From contig NC_043019.1 in the NCBI RefSeq assembly GCF_006345805.1, positions 8,927,360-8,991,359 of the forward strand: DNA of 64,000 nt. The letters run 5' to 3'. A program made the position numbers and the translations under genes. The notes below the pieces were generated by a model. That model saw only the letters and a program-made list of their open reading frames with translations. It made no database searches and was not told the origin of the DNA. Each line of letters begins with the position of its first letter. Within the stretch, counting starts at the first letter, position 1. Below, piece by piece: positions 53,646-64,000 of this stretch. This stretch comes from Octopus sinensis (Eukaryota).

Positions 53646-55067
53646 TGGAGTTCGACCTGACGTCGAAGGAAGACTTTCCCGTGATGGGAAAAGGTGAAAA
53701 AGAGGAAAATCAAGTACCCAGACAGTCATTCTCGGCCGCGGTGGCGGCGCCATGTTGGAGATAGAATTCAAAATTGAACAACTGTACGAATATAGGAACT
53801 TAGTAAAAGTAGAAGGAGGAGAGATAAGGCTTGTGCCGCCGCAAGCGAAAGTTCAAGAGATCAAGGAAAGGATTGTAATTTATAAAGTGTACAACTTTAA
53901 GAAAAAAAAGATCATGGAAGTCAAAAATGAAATCGTTGAGAAATGCTTGGCCCCGGTGTGGGACAAAATCCGCCATATAGTGAGAGGTGCACGAAGTGCC
54001 ACGATCGAAGCACACTTTGACACGGCAGAGGTGGCGAAAGAGGTGTCGTCGTTGACTCTTAAAAACGACGACATCATGCTGCTACCCTCGTACATGGGAA
54101 GCGAACCGCAAAGGTAATAGTTGAAGACATACCCAGAGGGTACGACACCATGTGGGTAGCAGCGGCGGTCTTGCATATGTGGAACGCGAAATATCCATAC
54201 TGCAAATGAGAAGGAGGAAGCGGTGAGATGGAGGGGTCAGACTCTGGACTCCTAGTACAGGCAGAGAACAGATTTTGGAGAGCCTGCCTGACAGGATTTT
54301 TAATGAAGATGGTACGTCCATGAGAGTTTCGGTGAGGGACGAAGACCAGATGCTTCAAGTGTGGAGAAAAGGGGTCACGTCCGTTCCAATTGTACCAGGA
54401 AAAAAAAGTACAGAAGAAGCGCCTCTCCAAGTGTACCCAACGCGAAAGGGGAGGAAAAAAAAAGAAAAACAACAAACGACCAAGACAAGTACGGAAGCGA
54501 AAATAGACCAAATAGAACTGATGGAATACACTCAAGTCACGCACAAAGAAAAAAAGAGAATACCCTGGACTCCCCTCCCCAACAGGAAAAAAACAACTAA
54601 CACAGCAGACACACACATTAAGCAAATTCCCCAACCCTACCCCATGGCACTGTTTTCATGGAAAACAGTTTGCCAAGCCCTCCCCATAAAACAAGATTCT
54701 AAAAAATGTTTATTGAAAAATGAAAAAAATAATAGCGTTTGATGAAAAAAACGAAAAAGTTTACAATGCTGCAAACTGTCGAGGTTTATGCTGTACAGCA
54801 GAACCTCAGATGGAAAGCAATTGCGCGCTTCGCGAAGGTAGGCGAGAACGAATGGAAGGAGGAGGTCTTCAGGAACACCTGAGGACCGCCTAATAAGAGA
54901 TGTAACCAAGGAAGTAATAGAGGGCAAACTAACAATAACCCCGGCAACCACACCCACCCAGAGCCCAGTGGCAACGCCGGTCAAGAGCCCTGCAGCAGCA
55001 ACTACAAGGGGAGGAAGAAGGGGAAGCAGGCAGATCCAAACTGTCATGCTCCCTTCCCAACCGTGAG
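53646..55067 (+). pseudogene. LINE ORF1 (gag-like, CCHC zinc knuckle), frameshifted
   Basis: MEFDLTSKEDFP..SFSAAVAAP start; RCFKCGE(K/R)GHVRSNC knuckle at 54348-54393 split by a 1-bp shift; S/T/P-rich tail ending at TGA. Confidence 0.75.
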
Positions 55068-55091
55068 TACACTATCCTTCTCTCTCACACA

Positions 55092-58000
55092 ATGGCTAAG
55101 CTGGGTTGTATAAATGTACGTGGAATGGGGTCGAAACGGAAACAAATTTGTTTCCTGAACGACCTCACGACACATAGTGTAGATATTGCTATTGCAACCG
55201 AGTCCAAGATGAGCGAGACCCAAGCGTTCTCGCCTCTTCTGAATGGTTTCGAGAAATTTATTTCTCCTAACCGAGGAGGAGGCAGAGGCGTGGCAGTCTT
55301 CATCAGGAAGAGCTTGGACTTGCAGGTAAGTACTGTCTTTCTGGACCCAGAAGGCAGGCTGGTTGTCCTGGATGTGACTCACGTAAGTAAACAGTCCTTC
55401 AGGTTGGTAGCTGTCTACGCCCCGAACGAGGGTAAACAGACGGGTTTTTTCGGAACCTGGAGCCCTTTTTAGCGACGTCGAAAACAGTAATCCTAGTAGG
55501 GGACTTTAACACTGTCCTTGAAGCGCACATCGACAGTGTTGGCTCAACCAATAGGAAGGGGAACCCTAGCCTCAAGGTCTACTAGAGAGCTTTGATCTGG
55601 TGGACCGTTACCGACTGGATGAGCCGAGCGTTCCACAGTGGACGTGGAGAGTAACAACGACGGCTCACGCAGATCGTATCTAGATAGGATATTTATTAAG
55701 AAAAGAGATAAGGATACGTTTAGTTGTCCACAATTTCATATTGTACCTTACTCGGATCACAAATTTGTGACGTGTGAGGTGCAATTAGACAAGTGTCATA
55801 GACAGGGACCCGGGTACTGGAAGCTGAACAAGGCTATTTTGAATTGTGAAGACTTCCGTACCCGGATTAAGGTGTTAGTTCAGAGGGCATTGTGTGGCAC
55901 CATCATTAACAATAGATGGTGGCACGCCCTCAAAAGAGCCATTCGTTTAGAGTCCGTTAGATTTAGCAATCAGCTAAGGATAGATAGGGCTAGTCTAGAG
56001 GCGATTTAGTTAAGAATCTAGACGAGGCAATGGAAGCTGGCTCCGCTCCGAGCGAGTGTTGGCGGCAAGGACGGTATTGTACCGTCACCTTAACTCCAAA
56101 CACGAAGGTTGCAGAGTCAGAGCTAAGCTGCGCGCTGGGAAACGAGAAGGTATTAACGTGGCCGGATGGGCCGTCGTGTGGAGAGTCAGAGAGGCAACAG
56201 AGCCTCAATCAAATCTTTGACTGACGAACAGGGACAAAAAGATATGGACAGGAGGAGATGCAAAAGTTTCTTCACCAGCATTTCGCTCGCGTGTTCGGGG
56301 GTGGTGGTTCGCTGGATCGGGGGAGGGCCTTAAAGGACTTCCTAGCCGGCGGACCCCGGCTCGCGGGGCGTGAGGTGGAGTGCTGTGAAGGAGCGATCAC
56401 TCCCGCGGAGATAAAGGAGATACTGCCGGATGCGCCGGGGAGAAGTCGCCGGGGTTGGATGGTCTGCCCTACGAGTTTTACCAAAGTATGCCGGACTTGT
56501 TCGGGGGAATACTGGCAGGCGTCTACACGAACTGGCAGCAGAATGGGAGAATTCCCAGTTCTGTAAGCCGGGGAGTGGTGACGCTAATCCAGAAAGACCC
56601 GAGCAAGGGGGATAATATTAGTAACTACAGGCCCATAACTCTACTTAATGTAGAGTTAAAGATTTTGGCCAAGGTGTTAGCAAAAAGGTTGACGGTTGTC
56701 GTGGAGAAACTTGTAGGGAGAGCACAGACATGTGCAATTCCAGGCAGGTCGATCCAGGACAATCTTCACCTTATACGCTACACCTTAGATAGGGTGGGTA
56801 AATTAGCCGGCAAAGGCGGGGGTAATGGTCCATTTAGACCAAAGTAAAGCCTTCGATAGGGTAGACCATGGGTACCTGGCGACGGTCCTCGAAGCGGCTG
56901 GGCTGGGCCTGAATTTCGCGGGTGGATCTCCGCTATGTATAGCGGCATCAAGTCCACCGTCCAGATAAACGGTTACCTAACGGAACCGTTTTCGATCGAG
57001 TGTTCAGTGCGTCAGGGGTGCCCCTTGTCATGTCACCACTTTTGTACGTATTGGCCCTTGAGCCACTGCTGCGAAAGTTGGGAGAGGCTAGGGAGTAACT
57101 CGGATGAAATCGGAGGTGGGAGGACGGTTACTGCTTATGCGGATGACGTCACCCTCATCGTGTCCAAGAGGCCCAACTACCTTGTGTAGAGGAGGCTATC
57201 AGAGGATACGAGGCGGTGGCAGGAGCAAAGGTTAACAAGGACAAATCGGTTGGCTTGCGCCTCGGCACCTGGAGGAGCAAGTCGATATCGTCCAGTGTCG
57301 TGGGGACACTGGACGGATGGCCCTGTTAAGTTGCTGGGAGTTTGGGTTGGGCCAGACTCCCAAACGGAGAAGAACTGGAGTGAGGTGACAAGCAAGGTGG
57401 AAGCCATAGTACGGACCTGGTCCGGAAGGTTTCTGTCCTTGAAAGGAAAGGCGGAGGTGGTGCAGATGTTCATTGCATCTGTAATCACCTACCGCCTGAC
57501 CGTTGTCCCTTGCCCCGATTCATGGCTTAACAAGTTGGAGCGAATCCTTTTCCGCTTTTTGTGGTGGAAAGGAGGAAGGCACTTGTGAGGCGCTCCGTTT
57601 GCTGCCAGGAACCGTTAAAGGGTGGGTTAGGAATGCCTTGGTTGATGATGCGCAGACATGCGTTGAGGCTAAGGCATCTCTGGCACCACCTGGAAGGTGA
57701 TAATGTGGAGTCCGCTGGCAGGGGGATTTTCCCGAGACCGGCCTCCTTAGTGAATTTTAAACCCGGTTACATCAAAAGATGGAAACTGACTCCATGGCAA
57801 AAGGAGTGCCGACAGGCACTCACGCTGATCCACAAGGCGGGCAAGGCCGGCTGCGGAAATACCACCTCGGTATTTTATAGAGGGCTGGTAGAGGCAAAAA
57901 AACGACGACGTCCTAGGAGGGGCTCGGGGTTTGATGAAGACCAGCTTGCCAACTGTTTAAAAAAACTTTCAGGTCGGGGTATTTGGATAATTTCCAAAGA

Positions 58001-58521
58001 TCCCTGGCCTGGCAGTGTTATAGGAATGCTTTACCTGTTCGCGAGAAGTTATCGCGGCACGGAGTTCCAGTGCCACCGACGTGTCCAAGGTGCGAGTTGG
58101 ACGATGAAACCGTCCAGCACGCTTTTGTTCACTGTCGGAAGTTGTCCGACTTGATAAGTACGCAGAACACGTGTTAACGCATCTGGGACGAGTACAGCTG
58201 TCGGCTGAGTATATGATTAAGATGATACCGCCAACTGGACTCTCGAAGGAAGGTGAGGCATGTTTCACTGCACGGTTGCAAGTAGTAAAAGAATGCATGT
58301 GGAGAACGAGAATGGAAGGAGCCGCGACAGGATCCTTTGTCTCCGGCCCCGGCTTGCTCACTTACTTCAGATATCATCTGAAGAGCAAAATGGGGCTGGA
58401 AAAGAGGATCTTACCACGGCGTGTGTATGAGAAAGATGGAAGGAAGTGGAAAGAAAGGGGGTGTCAGAAACCCAGCTTGACCATGGAGGAGAGAGAGGAA
58501 GTGGAAGCTGCAGGGCCTCAT
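55092..58521 (+). pseudogene. LINE ORF2: APE endonuclease, reverse transcriptase and C-terminal CCHC, frameshifted
   Basis: INVRG..TESK..GRGVAVF..GRLVVLD..VAVYAPN..GDFN..SYLDRIF..SDHKFV; RT: DGLPYEFY, NYRPITLLNVELKILAK, KAFDRVDH, SVRQGCPLS, AYADDVT; CPRC..ETVQHAFVHC. Confidence 0.92.
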
Positions 58522-59320
58522 AAATTGCCGGGGTGCAGAAGCTCCAGTTATGTATTGTGGTTTGTTCTACTAAGTCATATAAAAGACATTTATTTTCATT
58601 TTTATAAACGAATAATTCAAATGTAAACGAAAATTTTTAAAACGAATCTCTTAAATGTTTTTTTTTGTATGTATGTCCTGTATTTGTCCTTCTATGTGTG
58701 ATTATATAATCATAATAAAGAAATACCACTATTGAAAAGACTGCCTCCACGCGCTGCTACTACACTTTCGTCCTTGCCAGCAAAAAGGCTTCTTCGTTCG
58801 TCCCCTTGTGTGGTTAATTTCCTGTATAGTATTCGTTATTTCTCGTTTTGTAACTAATTGTATTTTGTACATGTATTTTATTTTTGCAGTTTTATTGTTT
58901 TCTATGCCAGAAAAAAGGCTTTTTCGTTCGTCCTCTTGTGTTTGTTTTGTACATGTATTTTAATTTTGCAGTCTTATTGTTACGTCTTGTTTGTGTTCGT
59001 ACTCATTGTGCCCCGCTGCTTGAAATTTTATTTTAATTCTCTCGCAGGAAGGCCTATTGGATTAGTGTTCTGTTATGCCTTCGAAACATGCCTGACTCCT
59101 CTAGCGACAGCTGATGACAGGGGTTTGTCCTTGTGTAACCTGTCCTGTATTTGGTTTTCGTTTTCCGTTTTCTTGTTTTTGTTTTTTTCTGTTTTCTACG
59201 TCTTATTGTGATGTCCTGTACTTCCGTATAATTATTTATATATGCATGTATATATACATGTAGATGTAGGTACGTACATATATGTTGTATGTAGCATATA
59301 TTTTTATTATCTCCCTCTAT

Positions 59321-59358
<38 letters not shown>

Positions 59359-59754
59359 CCTAGATAGATAGATATATGCTAAATAGATAGATAGATAGAT
59401 AGATTTGTATATATGTGTGTGCCTGTTTGTGTGTGTGTGTATGTATATATGCATTAGCGAGTGTATATATGTATACATAAATGATATTTCAGTGTACGTG
59501 TGCATAGCTGTGTGTGTGTGTTTCTCCGTGTATCTGTATGCGAGAGTGTGTGCGCGCATCTACATGCACATATATTCATGGATGTATGAACGTTTGACAT
59601 CCGTGTGTACATGTGACATACATGCGTAGATTTTACTTGCATCTGCTTTACTTTAGCGGATGTTTGTGCATGTGTGCGCGCGCGAGTGTGTATGCGTGCG
59701 CGTGTGCTTTTGTAGTGAATTTTCCATCATTATTGGTTGTTCTGCTTGTGTTTG

Positions 59755-59824
<70 letters not shown>

Positions 59825-60223
59825 CGTGCGACTATTTTGCTGGCTGAGTGCGCGATTTGGTGTGTATGTATGTTACTCTGTTCATAAATGTGCGAATATA
59901 TTTCTTTCAATGTTATTTTATAATTTTGTTGTTGTTGTTGTTGTTGTTGTTGTTGCTTAGCCTCAGAATAATAGACAGACCAATTAGATAGATAAAAGGC
60001 ACTCTTCCCGTGACCATCTCATATATTTCTGTGCAGGGAAGAGAACACCACATTACACAATACGATCTCTTAAATACCACGGATGTAAGTTGAGGCCGTT
60101 TGGCTACTAGTCTGTGTATGTATGTATATATATAGAATATATATATATATATATATTATATACAGACACACACGCATTAAATACCACCTATATACCATAC
60201 ATACAATACATAGATACATACAC

Positions 60224-60257
<34 letters not shown>

Positions 60258-60258
60258 G

Positions 60259-60289
<31 letters not shown>

Positions 60290-60869
60290 TAAATATAAGG
60301 GTAGCAAAATATTCTAGAAAAAATATTCCGCTACCAGCGGTCTAGTGAGAAAGAAAAAATAGTCAAAGACTATATAATATACATTCAACAATATAAGGAA
60401 TGGCCATATAGGACATTCGACTCACTAGAAAGTCAGCCTAAACTCATACCGCTAAATAGTTGTATTCCGAAATAGAAAGAGAATAAAAATGTTTACCCCT
60501 TCCATCTCTGGACTATGCATACTTTCGGCAAACTTTGGCAAATGATTAATAAATTAAATTAAATTCATTTACATCTGGCGTGCCTCGTCAGCAGAGAGCC
60601 TAGGACGAGTATATGTTCACGAGGCTATGGTAAAGAAGCCTCCTGTCACATATGCTCTAAATTTTCAAATCTTACCGCATAATGTATTATATATATATAT
60701 ATATACCGCATAATGTATATATATATATATATACATGCATATACATATGCATACATATAAATATATATACACATATATATATGTGTGTTGTGTCTGTGAG
60801 TGTCAAATAAAAGGAGACAACAAAGCCAAGACTGTGTGGAATTTCGAGACATTTATACAGAGAAAGTTA

Positions 60870-60917
60870 GCCTTACAGCTGTTTCTGGGTTATTAGCGAT
60901 ATCTCTTCATCAGAGAC
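60870..60917 (-). ncRNA. Type I hammerhead ribozyme motif
   Basis: Minus strand: GTCT-CTGATGA-AGAGATATCGCTAATAACCCA-GAAA-C AGCT GTA-AGGC. Palindromic ACAGCTGT stem III; 4-bp stem I with one GU; imperfect stem II. Confidence 0.6.
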
Positions 60918-62110
60918 GATGTGAGATTGTTAAATAGAGGGAAATATTAGAGTTCAATATAAGGCGCTATTTTGGAAAAGGAACCAAATAAGGAGTATAT
61001 AGGGAAATAGGAGAATGAATGTAGAATTAAAAATAAAAATATATAAAGATTCGGTTCCATTATCCGAGGGAAAGTGGTGTGTGGAAGTGCTAGAACTGTT
61101 TCCCGTCTGTAGTGTGTAAATTTCAATAGGGTTTCATATTTTGTCATTATAAATAGAACATGTGCAGAGGTACAGACATGGACACACACTTACATACATG
61201 TATGTGCATACACGCACGTGTACATGTGTGTACTTATAAAATGATCATAATGGTGATGATGATATTCAATTTCATAATCTCGTTAATCGAAGTTTCATGC
61301 CTCTACGATCCTCAGCAGCACGGAAGTCGAGTCGTTTAGACAAAAATATTCAGTGAAAATCAACACTACATTCTGCACCACGTATTGCATACTGCCAAGC
61401 TGTTTCTCTGTGTGCACATACGTGTAGCTACGCGTAATTATATCATTACGGCGTATATCTAAAATATCTTGTGATCCTGCAGTAAATAAGAACTAAAAGA
61501 AAAACATCTCTCTACTAGTTTTTAGTTTCTGTTTTTATTTGGCGCTTTTCCTGAAACCTTATTAGTTCTATGTGGTCTGCTTGGAACAATAACATTCCTT
61601 AAATCCATTAACTCTTTGAGACCTTCTTGGTGTCATCTTTTCTATGAAGTGGTTATTTGTTATTAGCGTTCTGGTGGCTAACTCTTCTCCTTTATTGGAT
61701 TTTTCATATTCTATTATTGTCCCTGTCCTGTTTATGTGCAACAATAAACTTCCTAGGCTCCTTCACATTTCGAGAACTTCGCAGCTGAAAGAAGATATTA
61801 GCTTTCTTTATTAACGTTGTTTTGTTCCATTTTTTGTCATTAAGTTTCTTGGGATAAATGTTGCTTTTGAAGGTGTTTTTTTTTATCACAAAAGGTTCTT
61901 GTTTTTCTTGGGCGTTTTTTTTTATGTTTCCTGATAACGTAGGGATTATTAAAGAATCAGGAGATTACTGCAGTTTGTCACAAGAATACACTTTGACTTT
62001 TGGATACGTTGGAAATGAAATATGATGTATGCTGTACAGTGAAGCCGGGGCTATAAAGTTATTCTTTTAATATATTGAAAGTAATAATATACATACATCA
62101 ATCTGTTTAG

Positions 62111-62165
<55 letters not shown>

Positions 62166-62280
62166 AGAGAGAGAGAGAGAGAGATAGAGAGGAGAAATTC
62201 GGGGTGAGTACTTGATAATTATAAGCACCTGTGTATACCGTTTGGTGGTGTAGGTGGTGTCCTTGTGGAAGCTGTTGTGC

Positions 62281-62358
62281 GCGGCTGAAGAAGGCCACAG
62301 ACATACATTATGCATTGTTATAAATCTGTCTAATAAAGGCCCGAAACATATGTACCGC
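62281..62358 (+). ncRNA. Type I hammerhead ribozyme with intact core
   Basis: GCGG-CTGAAGA-A GGCC ACAGA...TCTGT..GGCC C-GAAA-C ATAT GTA-CCGC. Stem I GCGG/CCGC; palindromic ACATATGT stem III; GUA cleavage after 62354. Confidence 0.8.
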
Positions 62359-62396
62359 TGAATCCTTCGCATCATGTTTTTATTTTATTTTGATCA

Positions 62397-62462
<66 letters not shown>

Positions 62463-62623
62463 TTGTCTGTTTGTGTGTGTAAGCTACGTTTTTCTTAGCT
62501 TTACAGGAGCCTGTTCAATATATATAAACAGAGCTTTCTTTTAGTCATTGCAGCATAGAATTCCATAATGGTTCTCTCTGTACACTACACACACACACAA
62601 AGAAACACACACAAAATATATGT

Positions 62624-62656
<33 letters not shown>

Positions 62657-63109
62657 CGTATGTGTGTGCGTATTGCAAATTATTAGATCGATCGATTAGG
62701 TAGTGGTCGGATTGATGTAAAATTTTGGGGTGAGATACTATTTTAATCATATGACGAAGAGCAGAACATTCTTGGTATCTTTACATGGCAATTTAAATAA
62801 TCTAATAGAGATCTTTCATCTGCTGTTCTAATGAGAACATTTTGTTTTCTTTGCCTCATATAACGATTTAAATATGATATGGGAGAGCTAAGAAGCATAC
62901 GAATAGAGATAGTGTCATGCTCAAAAAAGAAGGGCAACAATAGATTTGAAAATATTTAAATGATGGTGTGAAATGAAAGCGAGAAATTACTGTCAGATGA
63001 ACACATAGACACAAAAAAAACTTTGCCATACTAAAGGAATTCTATGAAATAACCCATTATTTTAGTCTCTTATATACATACATACATACAAACATGTATA
63101 TATATTATG

Positions 63110-63148
<39 letters not shown>

Positions 63149-63185
63149 TATATTATATATAATATATATATATATATATATAATA

Positions 63186-63216
<31 letters not shown>

Positions 63217-63284
63217 GATACACACACGCACACATATATAATGATAAATGAAATGAAAAATGCAAATACTCCTATCTACTATAG

Positions 63285-63472
63285 GCACTAGGCCCCAGAT
63301 TTTTGGTGGGGAGAGTCCAGTCGACTAGATCGATTCCTGTACGCAACTGCTACTTAAGTTATTGACCCCGAAATGATGAAAGGTAAAGTGCACCCCGCTG
63401 GAATTTGAACTTAGAACGTAAAGACAGACAAAACACCGCTGAGCATTTCGCCCGACGTGCTGACGTTTCTGC
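63285..63472 (-). mobile_element. SINE family B
   Basis: GACCCCGAAATGATGAAAGGTAAAG..GGAATTTGAACTTAGAACGTAA..CGTGCTGACGTTTCTGCCAG. Confidence 0.8.
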
Positions 63473-63907
63473 CAGAATGAAATACTGCAAAACATACACA
63501 GAAGACAGACGCAGAAGGACCGTATATCTTCAGCGTTTTACCGAAATGCCTTATTTATTCTGTCATCGTCTATCGTTTTGTTTGCTAGAGTCCTAATTCT
63601 ACGCAAATCTTGCGGGTGCCGCCAATATACGAAATTCCAAGTCTTATCGTTAAAGACATAAGACAGATCATTAGTATTTTTCGGCCGATAACTGATGAGG
63701 AATTAAGGTCCCTCTGTGTTTATCACATCTCTACGTTTTGTAGTATTTAATGCGTTTTGCATTTTGGGAGTAACTGGATGCCAAGATCCCGATTTTTCTT
63801 AACCGTAAGTTTATATATATATATATACACAGACACATGCACACACACACATATATATATATGCATGTATGTATATATATGCATGTATATATGTATATAT
63901 GTATGTA

Positions 63908-64000
63908 TTTTTATGTGTCTTTGTGTCTGTGTTTGTCCCCCCACCAACGCTTGACAACCGATGCTGTGCGTTTACGACACCGTGGCCTAGCGGTTTGGCA
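63908..64000 (+). mobile_element. SINE family A 3' half, running off the window end
   Basis: GTCTGTGTTTGTCCCCCCACCAACGCTTGACAACCGATGCTG..CTAGCGGTTTGGCA. Confidence 0.8.

Larger units (their letters stand above)
53456..58723 (+). mobile_element. Apparently full-length Tx1/L1-clade LINE (about 5.27 kb)
   Basis: Perfect 17-bp TSD TACCACTATTGAAAAGA at 53439-53455 and 58724-58740; ORF1 and ORF2 in order; A-rich AATAAAGAAA 3' end. Confidence 0.92.
53016..59314 (+). mobile_element. Non-autonomous LTR-like/retrozyme-like element related to H2, about 1 kb once the LINE is removed
   Basis: About 190-bp direct repeats at 53016-53209 and 59124-59314 differ only by single-base indels. They share the CCTTGTGT.A..TGTCCTGTA start and the ATACATGTAGA.GTAGGTACGTACATATATG tail with the 52.5-kb arms. 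HHR-like boxes at 59078-59117. Confidence 0.7.

Noticed and set aside
61285-61325. Minus-strand CTGAGGA..GAAAC HHR-like boxes
   Set aside because: Stems I and II do not pair and the cleavage triplet is wrong. Similar CTGANGA hits at about 7860, 32820 and 43610 were rejected for lacking a paired architecture.

Overview
This is very AT-rich eukaryotic non-coding DNA, saturated with microsatellites and transposable elements. The repeat landscape looks like an octopus/coleoid cephalopod genome; that is inference from recalled repeat families, not a database result. No host protein-coding exon, rRNA, true tRNA or CRISPR array could be supported, and most ORFs in the supplied track are translations of simple repeats. 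Recognisable elements: (1) an apparently full-length Tx1/L1-clade LINE (53456-58723) with a perfect 17-bp TSD; (2) a 5'-truncated R4/Dong-clade RLE retrotransposon inside (TAA)n; (3) remnants of CRE, CR1-like and mariner elements and a hAT MITE; (4) about 20 tRNA-derived SINE copies from three families. The most striking signal was found by reading the DNA directly: hammerhead-ribozyme (HHR) motifs of the Penelope-like-element (PLE)/retrozyme type from several unrelated sequence families, at about 2.08, 2.55, 18.7, 26.8/26.95, 29.5, 35.6, 42.2/42.3, 60.9 and 62.3 kb, with degenerate cores at 52.7, 59.1 and 63.7 kb. Several are arranged as inverted (foldback) dimers. One lies downstream of an uninterrupted 255-aa ORF that carries a GIY-YIG endonuclease domain with no reverse transcriptase, fused to a microsatellite-derived N-terminus. 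All RNA folds were done by eye and need computational and biochemical confirmation.
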